Below are positions 30,096-39,443 of a stretch of DNA of 64,000 nt, in pieces. The notes below the pieces were generated by a model. The model saw only the letters and a list, made by a program, of their open reading frames with translations. It ran no database searches and was not told where the DNA came from. How positions within the stretch are numbered: position 1 is the stretch's first letter; the number at the start of each line of letters is the position of its first letter. Source of the DNA: Brevinematales bacterium (GTDB taxonomy: Bacteria; Spirochaetota; Brevinematia; DTOW01); the NCBI GenBank assembly GCA_026415355.1, contig JAOAHF010000001.1, forward strand, positions 74,022 through 138,021, read 5' to 3'. The position numbers and the translations under genes were made by a program.

Positions 30096-30731
30096 ATGAT
30101 GCGTATCCTTATATTAGGAGCGCCAGGAGCAGGTAAAGGAACTCAAAGTGAATTAATAAGTCAAAAGTACGGTATACCCCATATATCAACAGGAGATATA
30201 TTGAGAGCGGAAATTTCTTCTGGAAGTCTATTGGGATTAAGGGTTAAAAGTTTGGTTGAAAGTGGTAGCTTAGTCCCTGATGATATTGTAGCAGATGTGT
30301 TACTGAAAGAGATATCAAAAGAAAAATATAAAAAAGGTTACATACTTGATGGTTTTCCAAGGAACTTAAATCAAGTTAGAATAATGGAAGAAAAGGGAAT
30401 AGTTGTTGATAAAGTTATATTTATTGATACGTCTGAAGATATGATACTTAAGAGAATAACTGGTAGAAGAGTTTGTTCTAATTGCGGAAGTGTGTATAAT
30501 ATCTACTTTAATCTGCCTAGGATTGAGAGTATTTGTGATAAATGTGGAAATAGTTTAACTCATAGAAAGGATGATACTGAAGAGGTTGTTAAGAAAAGGC
30601 TTGATACTTTTAAGCGAGAAACTTTACCAGTTGTTGATTATTATAGGAATAAAAAAATGCTTTTAGTTGTCAATGGAGACAAGAATTTTGAAGATATAAA
30701 AAATGAAATATTTTCTCTTCTTGAGGTGTAG
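30096..30731 (+). CDS. adk: adenylate kinase (zinc-lid type)
   Basis: ILILGAPGAGKGTQ P-loop and a lid with CSNCGSVYN...CDKCG (four Cys). Confidence 0.95.
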   Translation: MMRILILGAPGAGKGTQSELISQKYGIPHISTGDILRAEISSGSLLGLRVKSLVESGSLVPDDIVADVLLKEISKEKYKKGYILDGFPRNLNQVRIMEEKGIVVDKVIFIDTSEDMILKRITGRRVCSNCGSVYNIYFNLPRIESICDKCGNSLTHRKDDTEEVVKKRLDTFKRETLPVVDYYRNKKMLLVVNGDKNFEDIKNEIFSLLEV

Positions 30732-30737
30732 GCAGGT

Positions 30738-30956
30738 ATGGCTAAAGATGATGTTTTGAAATTTGAAGGTGTTGTTGTTAAGCAATTACCTAATTCGGTG
30801 TTTAAGGTAAAGCTTGATAATGGTAAAGAGGTTATGGCTCATCCATCGGGTAAGATACGGATAAATTCTATTAGAATAATTGAGGGTGATAGAGTTGTGG
30901 TTGAGTTTTCTCCTTATGATCTTACCAAAGGCAGGATAGTATATAGGTACAGATAG
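30738..30956 (+). CDS. infA: translation initiation factor IF-1
   Basis: 72-aa S1-like fold sequence [41 protein letters not shown]...[15 protein letters not shown]. Confidence 0.95.
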   Translation: MAKDDVLKFEGVVVKQLPNSVFKVKLDNGKEVMAHPSGKIRINSIRIIEGDRVVVEFSPYDLTKGRIVYRYR

Positions 30957-30957
30957 T

Positions 30958-31725
30958 ATGATAGAGGAAGGCGAGATAATATATCTCTATCACTCTGAGA
31001 AGGCGAAATATCCAGTAGTTTATAAGAAAAATCAATTTTTTCAGTCTCATCTTGGTAAGATTGTTTTACCAGAAAATTTGAATTGGGGTGATGTTTTAGA
31101 GACTAATAAAGGATATAAGTTTTTTGTTCTTAAGCCTTCTATTGAAGATTTAGTTTTAAACGTCAAAAGAAAAACAAATATAATGTATCCTAAAGATATT
31201 GGTTACATAATCTTAAATTCAACAATAAGAGATGGTAGTACAGTGATAGAAGTTGGTACTGGTTCTGGTGCTATGACTTCTGTGTTGGCTATTCTAGTAG
31301 GTCCTTATGGTAGAGTCTATTCGTATGACAAAAATGAAGAGCATTTGGAAAATGCGAGGAAGAATATTCAAAAATATGGCCTTTTAGGCAGAGTTGTGTT
31401 AGAGGTTAGAGATGTTGCAGTTAATGGGTTTTCCATTGATAATGCCGATGGATGTATAATTGATTTACCTGAACCTTGGACTATCATACCTCATGCTAAA
31501 AAATCTCTGAAACCAGGCTCTTCAGTAGCTATAGTTGTCCCAACAGTAGAACAAGTACAATTGTCTTTTAAGTCGCTTAAAGATAATGGATTTACTAGAA
31601 TAAAATCCGTCGAAATCCTAGAAAGAGAGATATATCTAAGAGAAGGTATAACAAGACCTAAAGAGAGAATGGTATCGCATACCGTTTATTTGGTTATAGC
31701 ATATAATACTAATCTAAAAGTTTGA
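30958..31725 (+). CDS. trmI: tRNA (adenine-N1)-methyltransferase TrmI/GCD14-like
   Basis: SAM-binding VIEVGTGSGAMTSVLA, a catalytic-region Asp-containing segment DLPEPW, and an N-terminal beta domain typical of the TrmI family. Confidence 0.85.
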   Translation: MIEEGEIIYLYHSEKAKYPVVYKKNQFFQSHLGKIVLPENLNWGDVLETNKGYKFFVLKPSIEDLVLNVKRKTNIMYPKDIGYIILNSTIRDGSTVIEVGTGSGAMTSVLAILVGPYGRVYSYDKNEEHLENARKNIQKYGLLGRVVLEVRDVAVNGFSIDNADGCIIDLPEPWTIIPHAKKSLKPGSSVAIVVPTVEQVQLSFKSLKDNGFTRIKSVEILEREIYLREGITRPKERMVSHTVYLVIAYNTNLKV

Positions 31726-31803
31726 TTTGGGTATAGGAATGAATAACTACGAGATCCCCTACATTGGGAATGAAGTTATATAAATTTTTTTTTGTAAACT
31801 ATA

Positions 31804-33969
31804 CTAGTATGATTTGAGACGCGGTAGTATTACTGGATAGTCATAAAAGTAACTTTTGAAGTCTTTTGATTTTATGTAAAATAGTTTTGCTCTTTCGGAT
31901 ATTACTTTTATTTCTTTTATTTCATTTTCTGTTCCAAGTAAAACATGATCAGGATCACCAAGAAAATGATACTTTTGGTTTTCTGAAGAGATAGTATAAC
32001 TTCCATAATTATCAACGACCATTACTTCTCCGTCTATTAGTATGTAGACTTTGTTTGTTTTTTTGTTGGTATATATAACGGTATTTTTTTGTACTTCTTC
32101 ATAGTTAAGTATCATTTCAAAGTAAGTTTTCATTGATGGGGTAAAATCTTCAAAATATTTAGTTGAAAATATATTCCAAGTATCTTTCCCTCTTATATGG
32201 GCTAGGTTTAGAAGTTTTTTGTATAATTTTGTTCCTTTTATGTTCTTCAGGAAGCTGTTGCTTTTTACTCTTAATACCTTACATCCATTGTTACCTGCTA
32301 CTATAGTTGCGCTTCTACCTTTTTTTGTTAGTATAGCACTTTCTCCAAAGAAATCGAATACTAAGTATTCTTTGAATAATTTTTCGCCAACAAAAAGATT
32401 TACGTATCCTTCAACAATAATGTAGAAATCTTTATTTTGAGTGTCTCCTTCTTTTATTATTACTTCTCCGGGTTTATAATCTTCAAACTCACTATTGTCT
32501 TCCATATCTTTTATGTTTCTAAGAGGTAAATCTAGGAATAGTTTTACTGAGGATAGCACATCGAACTTGCTTAACCTTTTTTGTGATATTATCACAACAG
32601 AATTCTCAATACCTTGTTTTGGATAGAGTAGAGATGGATTTGGGTTTGCTGAAATGTAATTAAGATAGTCTTTTTCAGAGCAGTGGAATGCGTAAACGTA
32701 TTGATCTTCTCTTGTTTGAAAATTGAGTTTTGATATTTCGGTGTGTATTATACCTCCACCTGCTTCATGTAGTATGTAGTCATAGTTTTTGAACTCATTC
32801 ATAACAAAATTGTATCTTTCTTGGTTTATTATTCCTTCGTCTAGCAGTAGTTTAGTCCTATCCGAAACAAATGTATCTGATGAATAGAATAATGTTTTCC
32901 CTTCAAACTCTACGGTAAAACCAATTGTTGGTATTGAGTGTAGTGTGTAGTGGAATTTGAATACGGCATTCTCAATATTAATTTCTCTGCCAACTTTTAT
33001 TGGTTTGAATTCACATATTTTGTCGAAGAAGTACTCTTTTACATCAAGTAACTTTGAATATTTTCTTTTGAACGATTCCCATATAGTTTTAGTTGTATAG
33101 ATTTTAACCTTGTTACCCCTTAGCATACTTTGAAGTGTTCCTGCATCATGGTCTGCGTGACAATGTGTAAGTATTATCGCTACTATGCTACTTATAGGAA
33201 TGTTATTTCTTTCTACTTCATTAAACGAATGTGCTGGTGGATCTATGAAAATACCCTTACCGTTGATCCATAATATAAATCCTGAGGTAGTTCCGTCGGG
33301 ATCAAACCCATTGCTTGAACCTAGGCAAGTAAATCCAAATCTAGGAAATCTAAAATTGGTTAGTTTTTTGTTGTTTGAAGGAGTTATTTGTATAACTTTG
33401 AGATCATACTTGATACCTGTTAATATTTCATTGCCTAACTTTATATCTAGTTTTTCATTTCCTTTGTAAAAGGAAATGTTGTCACCTTCTTTTCTAACTA
33501 TTATTTCACCTATTGGAATTTCTTTTTGGATATCAATAAATTCAACAGAATCGAATACTTCGAATAGTTCTTCTTTTTTGGTTTGGTCTTTTCTTCTGAA
33601 GAACATCATTTCTGCAGGAATATTACATGTTATTCCACTATGGAAATCATCTTCGTATATATTGTTGGGGCCTATTAGTGACTCTTTGAATAGTATTTCT
33701 AATGATTTTTTCTGATCTTTTGAGCAGATGATATAAGTTTTTCTTCTTCTTACGAAGTAGTTGTAGTATATTGGGAACTCAACTTCACCTACGTTTAGGA
33801 AGGTTGTCCTGTCAATGATGTTTTTAGGAATAATATAGTACTGGGGAGCTTCACCATATAATTTTATTGAATCTTTTATAGTTTCTGGAGGTACTCCAAA
33901 TTGGCATAACATTTTGCCATCTTTTGTTAGTATATATCCACCTCTTGGCAAGGGTATAGCTTCTATCAT
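31804..33969 (-). CDS. multidomain protein: unknown N-domain + metallo-beta-lactamase-fold hydrolase + two cyclic-nucleotide-binding (cNMP) domains
   Basis: MBL motif ILTHCHADHDAGTL (HxHxDH) near residue 265, and later a second metal-ligand region FHCSE. The C-terminal ~280 aa contain two CAP/cNMP-like domains (YKPGEVIIKEGDTQNKDFYIIVEGYVNLF...FGESAILTKKGRSATIVA and VIYTNKKTNKVYILIDGEVMVV...GTENEIKEIKVIS). Last gene of the pilMN-pilO-like string. Confidence 0.8.
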   Translation of the reverse strand: MIEAIPLPRGGYILTKDGKMLCQFGVPPETIKDSIKLYGEAPQYYIIPKNIIDRTTFLNVGEVEFPIYYNYFVRRRKTYIICSKDQKKSLEILFKESLIGPNNIYEDDFHSGITCNIPAEMMFFRRKDQTKKEELFEVFDSVEFIDIQKEIPIGEIIVRKEGDNISFYKGNEKLDIKLGNEILTGIKYDLKVIQITPSNNKKLTNFRFPRFGFTCLGSSNGFDPDGTTSGFILWINGKGIFIDPPAHSFNEVERNNIPISSIVAIILTHCHADHDAGTLQSMLRGNKVKIYTTKTIWESFKRKYSKLLDVKEYFFDKICEFKPIKVGREINIENAVFKFHYTLHSIPTIGFTVEFEGKTLFYSSDTFVSDRTKLLLDEGIINQERYNFVMNEFKNYDYILHEAGGGIIHTEISKLNFQTREDQYVYAFHCSEKDYLNYISANPNPSLLYPKQGIENSVVIISQKRLSKFDVLSSVKLFLDLPLRNIKDMEDNSEFEDYKPGEVIIKEGDTQNKDFYIIVEGYVNLFVGEKLFKEYLVFDFFGESAILTKKGRSATIVAGNNGCKVLRVKSNSFLKNIKGTKLYKKLLNLAHIRGKDTWNIFSTKYFEDFTPSMKTYFEMILNYEEVQKNTVIYTNKKTNKVYILIDGEVMVVDNYGSYTISSENQKYHFLGDPDHVLLGTENEIKEIKVISERAKLFYIKSKDFKSYFYDYPVILPRLKSY

Positions 33970-33971
33970 AT

Positions 33972-34439
33972 TTACTCCGTAATTGTGAAGTTTATTACCA
34001 TATTAACATTTTCGGAATCTCCTGACATATATATTTTAGTAAAGCTTATGGGAAGAAATGAATTTTCTATTTCACCAAATGAAAGAAATACATCTCTAAA
34101 ATTCCCAGTTACTGATGCCTTGTAAACTGTTCCTTCGTCATAGTCCTCTCTTGTTATAGACTTTATGGTTACATTGTATTTTGAAAATATTTTTAGTATC
34201 TTGCCTACAACTAATCCTTGGTTTTTAGTTTCTTCTTTTAAACTTTTTAACTTCATATATTCTCCTTCTAGATAGTATAGCCTCTTGTTTAAGTAAGGTA
34301 TGTCTTGATACTCCTTAACTTCTTTGTCAACTTTCTCAAAATTTATTTTTAGATATACATACTCCACTATGAAGTAGGTAACTAAGATAAATATCATACT
34401 TATTACTATTGTATATATCCTTAAAGCAATTTTTTTCAT
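33972..34439 (-). CDS. PilO/GspM-like bitopic protein (N-terminal TM, coiled coil, C-terminal periplasmic domain)
   Basis: 155 aa with TM IYTIVISMIFILVTYFIV, then a coiled-coil stretch and a small C-terminal domain. It overlaps the upstream PilM/N-like gene by 4 nt. The assignment is by architecture only. Confidence 0.4.
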   Translation of the reverse strand: MKKIALRIYTIVISMIFILVTYFIVEYVYLKINFEKVDKEVKEYQDIPYLNKRLYYLEGEYMKLKSLKEETKNQGLVVGKILKIFSKYNVTIKSITREDYDEGTVYKASVTGNFRDVFLSFGEIENSFLPISFTKIYMSGDSENVNMVINFTITE

Positions 34440-35833
34440 ATTTCTATTTCTATTTCAAATCTAAGATTTTTGTCTTTGCTTATGGATAGTATTTTTATGT
34501 TAGAAAAGCGTTGTGTTTTTGACAAATTAGAAATTGTTTTAAAGAAAGAGGTTTCATCCATTGAAAAACCTCTAACTTTTATGCCCTTCGGGAAAACCTC
34601 AACGTCTTTTAACCAAGAATTTGTATCTATGCTTCTGAATACTTCATATAATATGGAGAAGTACTTTTCTTTCTTTGCAAATTTGCTGTAGAAGGATGAT
34701 ATATAGGTTTCATACTCGGATATTTTTCTCTTTATCTCAATAACTTTTATATATCTTTCAACTTCTGGTAGTGTTTCTCTTTGTCCATTTTCAATACCCA
34801 TTCTTATGAGCTTATACCTTTGTACCTCGGTGTTTGTAATTACTATTGATATCATACCTATAAGAGATAGTAATGTTAAAACTATTGATGCTCTTAATAA
34901 CAGAACATCGAATTTTATGGCGTTGCTGTCTTTTAATGAAAGTAAGTTGATATTATTGTTTGGGAATCTGGCAGAACATATTATATCAAGATATAAAAAT
35001 TTATCGTTTATCCATTTATTTTCAGGTAATATTTCTCCAGAAACACATAAGATATTGACTCTGTCAAATATCCTTTCTATAAACTCATCCTCAAAATAGA
35101 AAAAGAGTATCTTTTCAAGAAACAGAGTTCTTTCTTTTATAAAATCTGATATAAAAGAGATGATGTAGTTTTCTACTATATTTCTGTCAAGCATTTCTAC
35201 AATTTCAAGTTTTAGTATGTTATTTTTTGAAAGTATGGCAAGTAATATTTCATCCTGCTTATTTAAGACTATTGCATGAGCTCCTGTTGACTGTTTACCT
35301 GTAAATATATTTGCGTTGTTTACGGTTGCTGAAAAGATATTTGTCAAATTTATTCCTAAGTTTTTGAAGTATCCAACATATTCAGAAATAATATTAATCT
35401 TTATTGCAGAAATAAGTATTTTTAAAAGAGTTTTATCTTTTTGTTTATGTAGGCCTATGATTTTGTAATTGTAATTTAACGAAGAGAGATCAAAAATCCC
35501 CATACTTTCAACAGAAGATTGAACTATGTTCTTTATTTTTGATATAGCAGATTTTGGAACTGTTATTACTTTGTTTACAAAAAACTCACTCGGTAATATC
35601 AACTTTGCTAGGTAGACAGGTATATTTAAGTTTTTTTCTATAAACCTTTGGATTGAGAATTCCATTCTGTTTTTATCAACAAGTTGTCCGCTTGTTAACA
35701 ATATTTCCTTTTTACCAAATATGTAGTTTAGAAAAATACCAGCTAATATTGTGGAAGATTTTATCTGAAAAATTATTTCAATTACTCCTAAATATTCTAG
35801 AACAAAGTATATGAATTTAGTTATCGATTTCAT
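34436..35833 (-). CDS. PilM-PilN fusion-like (GspL-like) protein: cytoplasmic actin-like domain + TM + periplasmic domain
   Basis: 465 aa with about 300 aa of cytoplasmic region, one internal TM (LLLRASIVLTLLSLIGMISIVI), then about 130 aa of periplasmic region. This matches PilM+PilN or GspL topology, but sequence similarity is weak. Confidence 0.4.
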   Translation of the reverse strand: MKSITKFIYFVLEYLGVIEIIFQIKSSTILAGIFLNYIFGKKEILLTSGQLVDKNRMEFSIQRFIEKNLNIPVYLAKLILPSEFFVNKVITVPKSAISKIKNIVQSSVESMGIFDLSSLNYNYKIIGLHKQKDKTLLKILISAIKINIISEYVGYFKNLGINLTNIFSATVNNANIFTGKQSTGAHAIVLNKQDEILLAILSKNNILKLEIVEMLDRNIVENYIISFISDFIKERTLFLEKILFFYFEDEFIERIFDRVNILCVSGEILPENKWINDKFLYLDIICSARFPNNNINLLSLKDSNAIKFDVLLLRASIVLTLLSLIGMISIVITNTEVQRYKLIRMGIENGQRETLPEVERYIKVIEIKRKISEYETYISSFYSKFAKKEKYFSILYEVFRSIDTNSWLKDVEVFPKGIKVRGFSMDETSFFKTISNLSKTQRFSNIKILSISKDKNLRFEIEIEI

Positions 35834-35996
35834 ACCAATAAATAGTATGAATTTTGATTAGAGACTTTCAAGAATATAAGTCTTAAATTTGGTCAAGAGT
35901 TTGGTATTTTTGAGAAATATCGTGTTAGTGATTTTGTTTCGCTTTCAGTGATGATGTTTAGATTTTGGTATTTGATGTGTTTTAGTTTTTGGCATG

Positions 35997-37175
<1,179 letters not shown>

Positions 37176-37233
37176 TTAGAAGGGTTTTTTAAATACCTAA
37201 ATTTTCAAAACATGTTTTAGTAAAGATTTCTGT

Positions 37234-37908
37234 CTATATATCAAGTATATAATATCCATAACAATTTATAACTTTTGTACCTTTATAATCAAATATTCTG
37301 TTTTCTCTATTATCGTATATGTGTGTATGCCCGTGAAGTAGGTATTTGGGTTTGAATTTATCCATCAGCTCCAAAAATGCTTTGAATCCAGTATGGACTA
37401 TATCTTGTTTGTCGTGTATTCCATATGGTGGTGCATGGGTTACTACTATATCAATGTAAGATTTATTTCTTAGTTTGTTGAGCATTATTTTCCAGTAGGT
37501 GCTTTTTACTCTTTTACTCATCTCTTTTTGTGTGTATTGGTGTTTCCCGTTGTTGTATTTGTTACAGCCTTCAAAACCTAATATTGTGTATCCATTGAAA
37601 TGGACTATTTTCCTATCGATTTCTATTCCAGCAAAAGTTTTATGATAATCATGGTTAGATGAGAAGTCGAATCTAGAGCTACTTATCAAGTTTAGTGTTC
37701 CTTCTATATTTGGTATTGAATTTATTTGGTAGTCATCATGGTTTCCTTGGACAAACAGTAATGGGACATTGAACTTTGACATCAGAAATTCAAGATAATC
37801 TTGTGGTAGATCTCCACACGATATAATGAGATCAGGTTTTATTCTTCCTGAACTATCAGAGTTATAGATGTATTTGTCAACTACGTCACTTACACAGAGT
37901 ATTCTCAT
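37234..37908 (-). CDS. calcineurin-like metallophosphoesterase
   Basis: MRILCVSDV (D-x-H-like motif I), ISCGDL, VQGNHDD, VVTHAPPYG, LHGHTH. This is the full set of MPE metal-binding motifs. Confidence 0.85.
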   Translation of the reverse strand: MRILCVSDVVDKYIYNSDSSGRIKPDLIISCGDLPQDYLEFLMSKFNVPLLFVQGNHDDYQINSIPNIEGTLNLISSSRFDFSSNHDYHKTFAGIEIDRKIVHFNGYTILGFEGCNKYNNGKHQYTQKEMSKRVKSTYWKIMLNKLRNKSYIDIVVTHAPPYGIHDKQDIVHTGFKAFLELMDKFKPKYLLHGHTHIYDNRENRIFDYKGTKVINCYGYYILDI

Positions 37909-37911
37909 CTG

Positions 37912-38076
37912 CTATTCTTCTACTTCTTTGATTTTGTCCTTTATGTACTTCTCAAATTCATCTTTCGACATTTTATCTTTCATAAGTTCCCATACTGATT
38001 GTTTCAGCTCTTCAATATTATCAAATTTAGCACCTTTTTGAGCTCCTTCCTCAACGTAATAATATTTCTTACCCAT
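37912..38076 (-). CDS. small hypothetical protein (54 aa), absent from the ORF track
   Basis: My own translation of the minus strand gives MGKKYYYVEEGAQKGAKFDNIEELKQSVWELMKDKMSKDEFEKYIKDKIKEVEE*, preceded by the strong RBS GGAGGG. The ATG lies 3 nt upstream of the metallophosphoesterase start on the same strand. Confidence 0.5.
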   Translation of the reverse strand: MGKKYYYVEEGAQKGAKFDNIEELKQSVWELMKDKMSKDEFEKYIKDKIKEVEE

Positions 38077-38117
38077 ACCCTAGTACCCTCCTAGGCTCTA
38101 AGAATTCTTGAGATATA

Positions 38118-39443
38118 TTAAATGAATAACCTGTATATTTCTACTATTTTTCCGGTTTCTTTAACTTTTATTTCTTTTACGAACTCGGTGTTTTCAAATA
38201 TATCTTTTATATCTCCAGATATGAATATACCATCTCCTTCAGGATATTTACCGACTATGTAACTCTCAATCATTGCTTCACCAAAAAAGTATGGAAGAGA
38301 TCCGTATATGCTATCTGTTTTACCTACGAATATTCTACCACTTGAAATACCAACCTTGAAAATGTTTATTCTGTCTAACTCGTTATATTTGTATGTTGAA
38401 GATAAGAAATTTACAAAGCTTCTTAAGTTATCGAACCATTCTCCCCCGTCTAATCCCCATACTATGTACATTTCTGTTCCTTCAAATCTTGCTATATGCC
38501 CTCTATTCTCTATTGCTTTTGCTTCAATTTTGGAGAATATCGACTGTATGTCATCAATTATCTTTTCAGAGAATTCTGAGAAGATCTTAGATGTGTCAAA
38601 AAGTTTCATCCATAAACATCCACAAAACTGTTTACCTAACTCTATGTTTATTTTATTATCTCCTAAGTATATCTGTGGAAAGGATGATGTTTGTTTACAT
38701 TCGTTTACTATACTTTCTAGATAAAATGATATTAGACCTATTTCGTCATTTGATAGAGTTGGAATGAATTTGTCGAATAATTCTGGAACCTTTAGGATCT
38801 TTATAATGTATCTTAGTTTCACTACAAGGTTAGCCATGAATAGTATTAGTGATGTAATGAAAGAGAACACAGATACATATATTATAACTTGTAGTGATTG
38901 TTTAGCGTATGTTAATGATATAAAAATTAATCCTACACCCAATATTACATTTATAAACATCAATAGTATAAAGTATGAAAATATACTTGAGATGCTTTTC
39001 CTATTGAATGAGTAGAAACCGTTAAACTTTAGCTCATATATTGGTATTTTGAGTAGATAATATGAAATAAAAGATATAGGAATAGAGAATGAAATTATAT
39101 TTAATAATTTACTTAGGCTTTTTGTCTCTCTGTATTCATATACAGATACAGCAAGTACTATGATAATGGATGCTAGTACAAAAAAGAGAGGTATGAAGGA
39201 TAAAAACCTTGATATACTTCGAATATCTCTATTATCAAGTCTTGAAACATCGTATTTTCTTATTCTTCTTATGTAAAGAGAGACTACTATAAAAAGTGAC
39301 AATAGAAGTAATAATCCTGCTAATATTATTACAGTTATGGTGAGTGAAAACTTAAAACCCAAAGTTATTTTGAGTATGTATAGGTAGGAAGCGATTGTTG
39401 TAATGATAACGATGATTGATAAAAAAATTTTGGCAAAAATCAT
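38118..39443 (-). CDS. polytopic membrane protein with C-terminal class-III nucleotidyl cyclase-like (CHD-like, possibly degenerate) domain
   Basis: Six to eight N-terminal TM segments, then about 170 aa resembling adenylyl/guanylyl cyclase catalytic domains in order of elements (GCLWMKLFD ... GHIARFEGTEMYIVWG ... KVGISSGRIFVG ... YFFGEAMIESYIVG). The second metal-binding Asp appears substituted. The start overlaps the murF stop (ATGA). Confidence 0.45.
   Translation of the reverse strand: MIFAKIFLSIIVIITTIASYLYILKITLGFKFSLTITVIILAGLLLLLSLFIVVSLYIRRIRKYDVSRLDNRDIRSISRFLSFIPLFFVLASIIIVLAVSVYEYRETKSLSKLLNIISFSIPISFISYYLLKIPIYELKFNGFYSFNRKSISSIFSYFILLMFINVILGVGLIFISLTYAKQSLQVIIYVSVFSFITSLILFMANLVVKLRYIIKILKVPELFDKFIPTLSNDEIGLISFYLESIVNECKQTSSFPQIYLGDNKINIELGKQFCGCLWMKLFDTSKIFSEFSEKIIDDIQSIFSKIEAKAIENRGHIARFEGTEMYIVWGLDGGEWFDNLRSFVNFLSSTYKYNELDRINIFKVGISSGRIFVGKTDSIYGSLPYFFGEAMIESYIVGKYPEGDGIFISGDIKDIFENTEFVKEIKVKETGKIVEIYRLFI

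Noticed and set aside
31804-33969. Considered the 721-aa gene after the pilMN/pilO-like genes as a PilQ secretin
   Set aside because: It has a clear HxHxDH metallo-beta-lactamase motif and CAP-type cNMP-binding domains, no signal peptide, and no secretin or N0 domain features.
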